Source of the DNA: a virus
Taxonomy: Duplodnaviria > Caudoviricetes
Strand: one strand, 5' to 3'
IMG/VR virus record: IMGVR_UViG_3300049573_000247
Coordinates: 1 to 64,000 of that record
Length of the DNA: 64,000 bases
Made by a program: the position numbers and the translations under genes. Numbering within the stretch: position 1 is the stretch's first letter; each line of letters starts with the position of its first letter. The notes beneath the pieces were generated by a model that saw nothing but the letters and a program-made list of their open reading frames with translations, was not told the origin of the DNA and ran no database searches. This document shows, one piece after another, positions 38,322 to 47,012 of this stretch.

Positions 38322-38630
38322 TCAGTCGTTGTCGTCGCCGTCGGTGTAAGCGTCACCGACCTTGAGCTTGTCCCAGTCGGCCTTGGGGACGCAGTCGGAG
38401 TACTCGTAGGTGTCGTCTTCGAAGACGACGAGGTAGCAGTCCTCCTCGACGTCGGCGGTGCAGCTGGGGCCGTCGGAGTCGACGACGCAGTCGGTCTCGA
38501 TCCAGCCGTCGGGGTGGTGCTCCAGGCGGGTGATCTCGCCGGTGGCCTCCTTGGGGCCGCTGATCCCGCATGCCCCGAGGGCGAGCATGGCAGTGCCGTA
38601 GGCGGCGATGGCAGTGGCTTTCGTTTTCAT
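38322..38630 (-). CDS. lipoprotein
   Basis: Signal peptide with LGAC lipobox. Confidence 0.75.
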   Translation of the reverse strand: MKTKATAIAAYGTAMLALGACGISGPKEATGEITRLEHHPDGWIETDCVVDSDGPSCTADVEEDCYLVVFEDDTYEYSDCVPKADWDKLKVGDAYTDGDDND

Positions 38631-38657
38631 CGGGTTCCGTTCGCTAGTCGTGTTTGG

Positions 38658-39269
38658 TTACTGCAGCTCGTCGCAACGCTTGAGCCACAGGGATTCGAAG
38701 GCGTCGAACTGCTCAGCGGTGATCTGCCCGGCGTCGTGGGCGACGTCGGCGCGGAACATCGCCTGGTCGAGTTCGACGCGCGTCGCGCTGTCGGCGAACT
38801 CCTGCTGGATCTGCGCCAGCGTGGCCCCCGCCGGGATCTGCGCGAGGGCTTCGGCCCACGATCGGCGCTTTTCGACCAGGAAGAACCAGACCCGGAAGTC
38901 GCGGTGGTCGATCCACCAGGACGCCTCCCGGGACTGGGCCAGTATCCCCATCACGGCCGCCTGCTCCAACTCCGGCGTGGACACGTACGCGTCCCTCACC
39001 CGGGCAGTGACAACGTCGACCGCGTCAGCGCGGATCGCGTGCGCCCATGCCACCTGCCGCTTCGATCCCTGCAACGGGGGCCAGCCTTCGGCTGCCGACC
39101 GCTCGGCCGCCAGCCGGTTGCGTTCGTCGTTCGCCTGCCGCAGGCAGTCGGAGCACGGGCGCTCACCGAGCCCGTCGGCCTTGCGTTCGCGCTCGCCGTT
39201 GACGTTGGTGCCGTAGATCTGCTGCTGGCGGGTGTGGCCGCAGGAGTGGTGAATGTCGTACCAGACCAT
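38658..39269 (-). CDS. phage-type hypothetical protein
   Basis: SCGH..CSDC; LQGSKRQVAWAHAIR..ASWWID. Confidence 0.7.
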   Translation of the reverse strand: MVWYDIHHSCGHTRQQQIYGTNVNGERERKADGLGERPCSDCLRQANDERNRLAAERSAAEGWPPLQGSKRQVAWAHAIRADAVDVVTARVRDAYVSTPELEQAAVMGILAQSREASWWIDHRDFRVWFFLVEKRRSWAEALAQIPAGATLAQIQQEFADSATRVELDQAMFRADVAHDAGQITAEQFDAFESLWLKRCDELQ

Positions 39270-39344
39270 GGTTGCCTCTCGGGAGGTGCGGGGATCAGTT
39301 GAAGGGGCCGACACGATCGGCTTTGCGGCGCTGGAAGGTGGATC

Positions 39345-40505
39345 TCAGGCACTGTCTCCGGGGGTGGCGTCGGGCTCGCGGGCGATGGTGACGGTTTCGA
39401 CCTTGGGCTTGGGCGGTTTGCCTTCGCCTTTGGTGTACTGCTTGATGAAGACGCGCTTAACCACGTTGCCGTCGGCATCGCGGTAGCGGCGCCAGTGGCC
39501 CGGCTGCCACACCAGTTCGCCGTGTTCGTCCGGCGCCCAGTCCCAGGTGTGACCCACCTTGAACTCCCAGTTGATGGTGCGCTCGGTCGGTTCACCAGAA
39601 GCACGCTGAGGCGCCGGGGGGTCTTCGACTTCCAGCTCCAGCGTGCGCACCGGCGGGAAGTACCAGCGCTTCACACCGGCCGATTTGGCCTTGCGCTGGA
39701 CTTCGCGTGGGATCGGTTCGGCCCTGCCTTCGGCCGCCCGCGCGAGCGCGACGCGCAGGAAGTCTCCGAGCGTGCGTCCCTCTTCGTCAAGCGGCGCTTC
39801 CAGCTCGTCGATCAGTGTCGGCGGCCACATCAGGGTCTGCTGGCGCATGTGGGCGATCTGCTTCAACGCGCCTGCCGGGTCGACCGGTTCGTTCTTGGCA
39901 TCGCGCATCTCGAACAGGTATCGGGTGTTGGGGTTGGAGTACAACTGCTCCTGGTCGATGAGGCGCGAGTAAGCGGTGTAGCCGTGGAAGGGCGTGCCGT
40001 CGGTCAGGACGTCCTCGAAGGGCATTCCCTGCGATTCGTACCTGACCACGATGGACACGGGTCGGGAGACGACCTCGCCGGTGGCACGGTTGACGACGTC
40101 GAGGAAACGGGGTCGCTCGAACCCGAAGATCGTGTCTGTCGGCAACGGGGGCAGCTGCTCCAGCTGCTCCTTGCTCATCCTTTCCCACGCATGCTCACTG
40201 CGGTTGAGGAGGTCGTGTTTGAACATCAGCAGGTCGCATGCCTGCATGCGTTCGCGCATGTAGTCCGCCCAGGCGATCATCTGCTCGGGGCTGACGGCGT
40301 CGGCGTCTTCGCCGAAGAGGCTGAACAGGATCGAGCGCAGCAGTCCCGCGTTGATGCCCAAAGCGCTCTTGCACATCAGGGCCCGTTCGCGTGCGAACGC
40401 CGTCGGACCCATGGTCGTGAAGTACTGAAAGTAGTCGGCGCTAGTGGGGTCCACACTGACGTGTGGTACCTCAGGGCGCGCGGGATCGGCGTTCATGGGG
40501 TGCAC
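39345..40505 (-). CDS. hypothetical protein with C-terminal GHWR motif
   Basis: 386-aa ORF; QPGHWRRY..VFIKQYTKG. Confidence 0.7.
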   Translation of the reverse strand: MHPMNADPARPEVPHVSVDPTSADYFQYFTTMGPTAFARERALMCKSALGINAGLLRSILFSLFGEDADAVSPEQMIAWADYMRERMQACDLLMFKHDLLNRSEHAWERMSKEQLEQLPPLPTDTIFGFERPRFLDVVNRATGEVVSRPVSIVVRYESQGMPFEDVLTDGTPFHGYTAYSRLIDQEQLYSNPNTRYLFEMRDAKNEPVDPAGALKQIAHMRQQTLMWPPTLIDELEAPLDEEGRTLGDFLRVALARAAEGRAEPIPREVQRKAKSAGVKRWYFPPVRTLELEVEDPPAPQRASGEPTERTINWEFKVGHTWDWAPDEHGELVWQPGHWRRYRDADGNVVKRVFIKQYTKGEGKPPKPKVETVTIAREPDATPGDSA

Positions 40506-40623
40506 TCCTTCTTGCGTCGAGGCGACGCGGATCAGCTCTTAGGGTGGTTGTTGCTGTCGCTTATAGGTGGCCACGAGCGTCGAACTCACGGGCTGAGGCC
40601 ATGTCCGTGGCCACACGATGTGG

Positions 40624-41499
40624 TCAGTGTTCGGGCGCGACCGGGATGAAGGACGCCCCTAGGTCGGGGAAGTAATGCTGCACCAGTGGTGCCGCGACGT
40701 CGGGGTCGAGCGCGCGGACCTGCTCGTTGATCTTGTCGCCGTCCCAGATGCTCCATGGGGTCCCTGCGGCGCGCGCTTTGACGGTTTCGCTCATTGAGGT
40801 GGCCACGAGCAGCAGGCAGATGTCTGCGTCAACATGGGCGGTTTCGCGCATCACCCGTTCGAAGCTCGTCGGGTGGAACTTGCGGAGACGTTCGCATTTC
40901 ACGGCGACCCGCTCACCGCCGGGCAATACCAGGCGCACGTCAACAGAGGTACGCTGCCGCTGCTGGCGCGGCTCGTGGTCGATGATCGCTCCGGGATGGC
41001 AGGCGCGCAGCAGACTCGCTGCGAAGTTGACGAAGTCGCTCTGCTCCAATTGCATCAACGGCAAGCGTCTCGGCGGCGGCAACGTTGCAGCCTCATGCGT
41101 CTCCTCGGGTGATGTGGGTGCAGCGACGGAGGTGAACCCCAGTGCTTGCCGCACACGTTCGAGGTCGGCGCCCTGTGCGGTGGTGCGGCCTCGCTCCCAC
41201 CCGCTGACGGCCTGCTGTCCGACGCCGACCACGTCGGCGAGATCCTGCTGGGACCATCCCAGCTGGCGGCGGGCGTCCTGGATCTGGGTGCCGAAAGTGT
41301 CCAGAGAAAGTACGCGGTTCCAGGGATGGCACCCGCAGATGCAGCGGGTACCGCAGAACTTGCATTCGGCTGGCCGCTTGGACCCGGCGTGGCCGGTGTC
41401 GCCTTGGCAGTACTCGTGGCCGGTGCGACCATCCGGAAGCATCATGTCGCCGTGCAGGCAGCCGGTGGACAGGTACTCGTGCTCGATATGGCCTGTCAT
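40624..41499 (-). CDS. Zn-binding + XRE HTH + Mrr-like restriction-endonuclease-fold fusion
   Basis: CLHG..HEYC..CKFC..CICGCH; WSQQDLADVVGVGQQAVSGWERG; VDVRL..VAVKCER..IWDGDKI. Confidence 0.7.
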   Translation of the reverse strand: MTGHIEHEYLSTGCLHGDMMLPDGRTGHEYCQGDTGHAGSKRPAECKFCGTRCICGCHPWNRVLSLDTFGTQIQDARRQLGWSQQDLADVVGVGQQAVSGWERGRTTAQGADLERVRQALGFTSVAAPTSPEETHEAATLPPPRRLPLMQLEQSDFVNFAASLLRACHPGAIIDHEPRQQRQRTSVDVRLVLPGGERVAVKCERLRKFHPTSFERVMRETAHVDADICLLLVATSMSETVKARAAGTPWSIWDGDKINEQVRALDPDVAAPLVQHYFPDLGASFIPVAPEH

Positions 41500-41807
41500 C
41501 GGCCGGTGCCCAGTACGAGTCGCACGTCTTCGCGGTGGGCGGCGGCGATGCGGTAGAACCGGCGGCGAGGCTGCCAGCCGCCGCCGTCGCGAGGCTGGAC
41601 TTCTTCCCAGCTGCTGGCTACCCATTGGAGACGTTCGAGCCTCATCAACTCGATGTGTACCTTTCCCGAGGGGATGCGGAACAAGCCCCACCGGCGCGGG
41701 AGGGACTTGGCGATCTTGAGTCCGTACATCTGGCCGTCGTCATGGTCGAACAGCAGGCGCAGAATCGAACGGTTGGTGCGGTTGAGGGCGAACGGCGGCG
41801 CGCTCAC
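41496..41807 (-). CDS. PadR-family regulator
   Basis: MYGLKIAK..SGKVHIELMRLERLQWVASSWE..PRRRFYRI. Confidence 0.8.
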   Translation of the reverse strand: MSAPPFALNRTNRSILRLLFDHDDGQMYGLKIAKSLPRRWGLFRIPSGKVHIELMRLERLQWVASSWEEVQPRDGGGWQPRRRFYRIAAAHREDVRLVLGTGR

Positions 41808-42292
41808 GGCGGCTCCTTCACAATGGGATACGACAGGATCTCACGTCGATGCAGTAGAAACACTGTAATGGCCCCCACCGACAGGGAGATGCACTCAACG
41901 GACGGGGTCGGCGTACTCGGGCCGGAACGGCTCCAGCGGACAGCCCGCATCGCACGGGTCCTCCTCGCACACCGGGCACTGGGAGTAGCCGTCGTCGCGT
42001 TCGACCGCGTACGCGACCTCTTCCAGCTCGTCCGGGGATAGCGCATCGGGATACCACTGGGCAACTTCGCGCATGGTCGCGGCAATGATGGCGCGCGGGT
42101 CACGCGGGTTGGTTACCGGCGGTGTGCCCTGATGGTTGCTGGTCATGGTTACAGCACCCACTTGAACAGGGCCGCGAGGCCCCACGCGAATCCCAGCACG
42201 AGGGCCAGGATGGCGGCGAGCGCGCCGATGCCGCGTGACAGGCTCGGCTCGCGTGTGGGTTCGGACTTGTCGGATGGTTCGTTTCGCATGGT

Positions 42293-43372
42293 TCAGTTTC
42301 CCCTGGATGCCCTTGGCAATGTACCTGATTGGACGGTGTCGCGGTCCTCGTCGGACAGCAGTTCGGGGTGGCGGTAGCAGGTGGTGCCCCGGCGCGTGAT
42401 CACGCCGGTCTCGGGGTCGCGGGTAGGGCGGCGTTCCCACAGCGGGAGGGTGTAGCGGCGCGACGGGCGCTCGATGACGCCGTCGCTGCTGGTGTGCTGG
42501 CTTTCCTCGTGCAACAGCTGCTGCGCGCGCGGGCGCAGGCTCATGACCCGGACCTGCTGGTCGGGTCGGGCGCCCAGGCGCGCGGCCCGTTTCCGCAGCC
42601 CTTGCGAGACGGGCTGGTGTTCGTCGCTGCCGAGGGAACGGGCGGTCGCGATCATGAACGCGATGCGCAGCATCCGGGGAACGGCGTACCGGTTGGATCG
42701 GCCCACATGCGGCAGCTCGGCGATGTCGGTGTTGCAGTTGACGATGTGGTCGAGTTCCTCGATGATCTCGGGGTACTCCCCCCTGACCCCTTCGTGCATG
42801 GCGGTGGCGTAGGTGAACAACCGCAGGTGCATCTGCTTGCTGGGGCGCTCGCGGATGACGATGGTCTGGTGCTCCCCCGCTTGGCCGAGGTGCTCGGTGA
42901 ACGGGCCGGAGACGGCGGGGAGGAACCCGCAGTCGTCGATCGGCCCCCACGCGGCGGCGCAGATCGGCGTCCAGTCCCCGCGATCGTTCAACGGCAGCTT
43001 CAGCGCCTGACCGAACACGCAGAAACCGTAGTCGGAGGGGAAGGCGTCGTCGAACCGGCACGGCCCGAACTGCTCCTCGCACGCCCACGCGTGGGCCACG
43101 AGCGGCCCGGACAAGTGGTAGAGGTCGGCGCGGGTGATCATGCGCCGGTGCCACGCGGCCAGGCGCCTCGCGGCGTCGTCCAGCAGCGGGTCGCCGATGT
43201 CCAACGGGGTCGCGCCGACGGCTTCGACGGGGCGCAGCAGCTGCCGTTCGGTGGCCAGCCCGGACAGCTCTTCGATAGGCACCGTCGTGCCCGGCCGCAT
43301 CGGGTGCTCCCCGAGGAGGACGTTGCGCAGGTAGGCGGTGGCGGTGGGACTGTAGCGGGGGTAGGTGGTCAT
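42293..43372 (-). CDS. hypothetical protein
   Basis: 359-aa ORF, strong GC3 bias. Confidence 0.7.
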   Translation of the reverse strand: MTTYPRYSPTATAYLRNVLLGEHPMRPGTTVPIEELSGLATERQLLRPVEAVGATPLDIGDPLLDDAARRLAAWHRRMITRADLYHLSGPLVAHAWACEEQFGPCRFDDAFPSDYGFCVFGQALKLPLNDRGDWTPICAAAWGPIDDCGFLPAVSGPFTEHLGQAGEHQTIVIRERPSKQMHLRLFTYATAMHEGVRGEYPEIIEELDHIVNCNTDIAELPHVGRSNRYAVPRMLRIAFMIATARSLGSDEHQPVSQGLRKRAARLGARPDQQVRVMSLRPRAQQLLHEESQHTSSDGVIERPSRRYTLPLWERRPTRDPETGVITRRGTTCYRHPELLSDEDRDTVQSGTLPRASRGN

Positions 43373-43382
43373 GGCAGGCCTT

Positions 43383-44042
43383 TCACTGCTCTGGGGGGAT
43401 GCGGTCGTAGACGAAGACGAGATCGCGTATGCCCCACCACTGCACCGGCACGTGGTATTCGACCTCAACCCACTCCGTCTCCAAGATCTTGTGGAACGCC
43501 TCATCGCCGGTGCACCCGCCGTCGCCTTCGCCGATGTAGATGATCCGCTGCCCGGCATAGGCACGGACGGCGTCGGCCCCGTCGGCGGTGTTGTAGGGCG
43601 GCCACGACAGCAGGAGCGTCACGCCGGACCCGGCAGCGGCGACGGTGTCGGCCGCTTCACCGGGGAGGACCCGCGTCCAGTGCTCCACACCTCGGTGCCA
43701 GTCGTTGCATTGCGGTGTGGCTGCGTGCCGGTCGTAGGCGAGGGTGAATACGCCGCGCTCGGTGAGCAGCCGCGCCCAGTAGCCGCTTCCGGCCATCGGA
43801 TCGATCACTGTGTCGCCGCAGAACCGAAGGACGAAATCGACCGTCGCCGGATCGGAGACCGTCCAGGCGTAACGCGGGACCAGCTGCTTACGCAGGCTCG
43901 TGGAGGCCGAGATGGACCAGACCATGTCGGGGTCGTCAGGATGGTCAGGATGGGGTGGAAGCACGGCGTGCTGGCGCATGAGGCGGTCCCATCCGATGTG
44001 GTCCTTGACCTCATCCCAGTACGGGTTCCAGTGTGCTTCCAC
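43383..44042 (-). CDS. SAM-dependent methyltransferase-fold protein
   Basis: VIDPMAGSGYWA motif I; LLLSWPPY. Confidence 0.75.
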   Translation of the reverse strand: MEAHWNPYWDEVKDHIGWDRLMRQHAVLPPHPDHPDDPDMVWSISASTSLRKQLVPRYAWTVSDPATVDFVLRFCGDTVIDPMAGSGYWARLLTERGVFTLAYDRHAATPQCNDWHRGVEHWTRVLPGEAADTVAAAGSGVTLLLSWPPYNTADGADAVRAYAGQRIIYIGEGDGGCTGDEAFHKILETEWVEVEYHVPVQWWGIRDLVFVYDRIPPEQ

Positions 44043-44052
44043 GATCCGCCTC

Positions 44053-44301
44053 CTACCCCGCGAAGTTGACGCGGGCCTCGTGCGCGAGCTGCTGGCCCCT
44101 GTCGGCGGCCAGCACGTACAGGACGCTGCGGGTGTCCCACACCTCCGCGCCCTCGATGCCGACCTCGACCACGTCGATGTCGCCGATGGCGTATTCCATG
44201 GGCTTCTTCACGCCCATCGTTGCCACGCGCACCGGAGTCTCGTCCCCAGTGGCAGCAGCGAACCCTTCAAGGGTATCGATCAGATCGCGGATAGTGTTCA
44301 T
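44053..44301 (-). CDS. small hypothetical protein
   Basis: MNTIRDLIDTLE..TPVRVA phage-type pattern. Confidence 0.6.
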   Translation of the reverse strand: MNTIRDLIDTLEGFAAATGDETPVRVATMGVKKPMEYAIGDIDVVEVGIEGAEVWDTRSVLYVLAADRGQQLAHEARVNFAG

Positions 44302-44341
44302 CAGAGTGAGAGTGCCTTTCGTGAATCGGTATTCTTACACA

Positions 44342-44764
44342 ATGACAGTGCGAGTTCTGGCAACCGGCGGGCGTGGCTTCCCAGGGCGCGCCGCAGTCGC
44401 CCGAGCGCTGGCCCACGTCGAAGGGCTCTTCCCCCATACAGCACCCGGCGATTTCGTACTCGTCCACGGCGACTGCAAGTACCGCCGCGCCGACGGCACC
44501 ATCGACTACGACCGCAGCGCCGACCAGCTCGCCAAGCAGGAAGCCACCAAACGGGGCTGGCAGACCGAAGACCACCCCGTGGACTGGGACAGCATCCCCC
44601 CAAGCCAGTACAGTGCGGCCGGGCGCGGACGCAACGCACACATGGTCAGCCTCGGGGCCGCGATCTGCATCGCATTCCCCGGCGGCGGCGGCACACGCAA
44701 TTGCCGCAACACCGCCGAGCGAGCGGGCATCCCCGTCATCACCCTGGCCCATGTGCCAGTGTGA
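44342..44764 (+). CDS. SLOG-superfamily (DUF2493/YspA-like) protein
   Basis: RVLATGGR..LVHG..AD..AAGRGRN..M..IAFPGGGGT..AGIPV; GG-TATTCT 6 nt before ATG. Confidence 0.85.
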   Translation: MTVRVLATGGRGFPGRAAVARALAHVEGLFPHTAPGDFVLVHGDCKYRRADGTIDYDRSADQLAKQEATKRGWQTEDHPVDWDSIPPSQYSAAGRGRNAHMVSLGAAICIAFPGGGGTRNCRNTAERAGIPVITLAHVPV

Positions 44765-44899
44765 GGAGACCACGCTTACAGTGACAGGGTTTACACTGAC
44801 TGTTCTGCTGCGGGTGCTGGTACACGCCGGGACGCGCTGACCCTGCTCAACCACGGCTCTTTGAGCCGCTATCAGAACCGACCTTCGTTGGAGAACCAC

Positions 44900-45943
44900 A
44901 TGAAGCGCGCACTTTCCTACGGCGACCTAGGCGTCTACGTCAACAACCGGCGGATCGCCGACAAGCACGACAAGAAGATCGCGGGCGTCTACAACGCCTG
45001 GAACGCCTTTGCCCACCGGGTACCGGGACTGGCGGCGACCACCATCAGCGACGAGGCCACCGATAAAATCCTCCGGCAGTTCGCTGAGAACGCCCAATCC
45101 GAACTCAAAGAATCAACGATCAACACCTATTCGAGTGACTTCCGGCGCGGCCTCGCGTTCATGCTCCAGCACGTCGAACTCACCGGCAGCCTCGACGTCG
45201 AACCCGCCGGTGAGGAGACCGTCCCGGCCGCACCGGAGATCCGCGTCGCGCCCAAGCGCAAGCCGATCTACGACGACTTCGGCGAATACCTCGTCGCCTA
45301 CCAAGAGGACAACCCCGGAGACGAAACGGCGAAGCGCTGGGCCGGTGCCTACAAGGCCGTGATGCTGCGCGTACCCGACGCGGCCGAAGAGCACATCGAC
45401 CCTGAGACAACCGAGCAGATCCTCACCAACTTCGGCAAGATCGCGATCGACGCCAAGGCCACCAAGGCGGCGGCCAAAGCCATCGACTACGACGACGCCG
45501 CCGCTGAGGCCCTCAAACGCGCCCCGATCATCAAGATCAGCACCATGCGGCACTACCAGGGCTGCTTCCGCAAGGCCCTGGAGCACTACTGCGAAGTCCG
45601 CCATTTCCCCTACACGCCGATCGACACCGAAGAGCGACGCCAGCGGTCCCTTGCCTTCACCCGCGAACGCAAAGCACGCCAGGCGCAAGAAGCTGCTGAA
45701 GCTGAGGAGCGCACGGCGGCGAAGATCGAAGCCGCACGAATCGCGGCAGCCGCTGAGGTCGCCCGCGCGCAAACCGAAGCGGCATTGGGCGCTGAGACCG
45801 CAGTCGAGGATGAAGCGGCGCTGGCCGAATACACCTTCCTCCTACGCCCCGGGGTCATCGTCGGCCTCAACCTGCCCGACGACCTCACCCGCGACGAATC
45901 CGACAGGCTCAGCCAGTGGATCGGCGCTTTCGTCATCGAATAG
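44900..45943 (+). CDS. protein with duplicated integrase core-binding (SAM-like) domain, no catalytic domain
   Basis: Two repeats Y.D.G.Y..RVP..I..E.T..IL..F..ST...Y...FR..L; C-terminal LNLPDDLTRDESDRL. Confidence 0.6.
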   Translation: MKRALSYGDLGVYVNNRRIADKHDKKIAGVYNAWNAFAHRVPGLAATTISDEATDKILRQFAENAQSELKESTINTYSSDFRRGLAFMLQHVELTGSLDVEPAGEETVPAAPEIRVAPKRKPIYDDFGEYLVAYQEDNPGDETAKRWAGAYKAVMLRVPDAAEEHIDPETTEQILTNFGKIAIDAKATKAAAKAIDYDDAAAEALKRAPIIKISTMRHYQGCFRKALEHYCEVRHFPYTPIDTEERRQRSLAFTRERKARQAQEAAEAEERTAAKIEAARIAAAAEVARAQTEAALGAETAVEDEAALAEYTFLLRPGVIVGLNLPDDLTRDESDRLSQWIGAFVIE

Positions 45944-46339
45944 TAAGCGCGGTGCGGGGCGGCGGTTACGCTTGATGGTGGCTCGCCGCCTCGCCGCGTA
46001 GGCATTCTTCAGGGGTGCGCACAGCTCACAGCGGCAGTTTTTCTTGCCGGTTGCTCCTTCGCCATGCCCGACCGAGAGCTCTCGCCTGGATTTCTCCTGG
46101 TGATGCTTCCGGCAGAGAAGCTGGCAGAGAGTTAGCTCAGACTCGAATCGAGCCTGGGATACCGACCATAGCCTTGCCAAGTTGATCGTCTTCCTGGACG
46201 GATCGACATGGTCGATCTCCAACTCTTCGGTGGTTCCGCATTCCACGCAGGCCCCTCCAAGCTGGGCCACGGCGTGGCTGCGCCGAGCGTGGTACCGGCG
46301 CAGCATGTACTGCCGCATGTATTCGTTGCTATTGGGCAC
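45842..46339 (-). CDS. HNH endonuclease
   Basis: LGGACVECG..LEIDHVDP..CQLLCRKHH..K; CRCELC. Confidence 0.85.
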   Translation of the reverse strand: MPNSNEYMRQYMLRRYHARRSHAVAQLGGACVECGTTEELEIDHVDPSRKTINLARLWSVSQARFESELTLCQLLCRKHHQEKSRRELSVGHGEGATGKKNCRCELCAPLKNAYAARRRATIKRNRRPAPRLLFDDESADPLAEPVGFVAGEVVGQVEADDDPGA

Positions 46340-46375
46340 ACCTCAGTATAGCGGTGCCCTCTTAATCGGTTGGTC

Positions 46376-46451
46376 TGGTGCGCCGCCTGGGAATCGAACC
46401 CAGGACCTGCAACTTAAAAGGAAGCGGCTCTGCCAGCTGAGCTAGCGGCGC
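46376..46451 (-). tRNA. tRNA-Lys(UUU) with encoded CCA
   Basis: GCGCCGC...GCGGCGC-ACCA; loop CT-TTT-AA; anticodon stem with two U.U mismatches. Confidence 0.92.
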
Positions 46452-46527
46452 TCGACCGGCTCGACACGTGAACGCCGAGCCGGTCGTTCAATTCTGAACC
46501 ATATCGTGGCCTGTGGCCACAGCGCGG

Positions 46528-47012
46528 TCACTCCTCGGTTCCGGCGCTCTCGATGAGCATCTGCCGCAGGTCAGTGACGAGACCCGTACGACCCGCGCAC
46601 GCATCCAGGTATTCCTCCAGTTTCACCGCCAGCTCATGCGCATGGTTCACATCCTTCCCGGCCATGCGCAACCCGTCGATCGCGGCGTGCAGCATCTCGG
46701 CCAGCAACGCCAGCGCAGCCATAGTCTGCTGGTCGGGGTCGGTGCGCACGATGTCGAACCATTCCATGCTCACCCCTTGGGCGAACTCGTGTTGCTCGCG
46801 CTTTCCGGCCGGTCCCGTAAGCTCCAGGCCGTTGAGGGCGACGCGGTAGAGGGTCTCCCCGAAGTAGTGGCCGAGCTCGCGGGTGTCTTCGGCGGCGGGG
46901 CCCCCGGAGTGCGTTCGGTCGTGTAGTGCCCCACGGCGCCACTCCACATGGAGATCAGGCGCCAGGTGGGATCGTCCTGTTCGTCGGTGTCGGTGTCGGG
47001 CATGCAGGTCAT
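46528..47012 (-). pseudogene. frameshifted hypothetical gene
   Basis: Codon-biased frame changes by -1 at CCGGGGGCCCC (about 46897-46907). Confidence 0.5.

Noticed and set aside
44900-46451. Integrase plus tRNA attachment site
   Set aside because: No catalytic recombinase domain, and no duplicated tRNA 3' end seen in the window.
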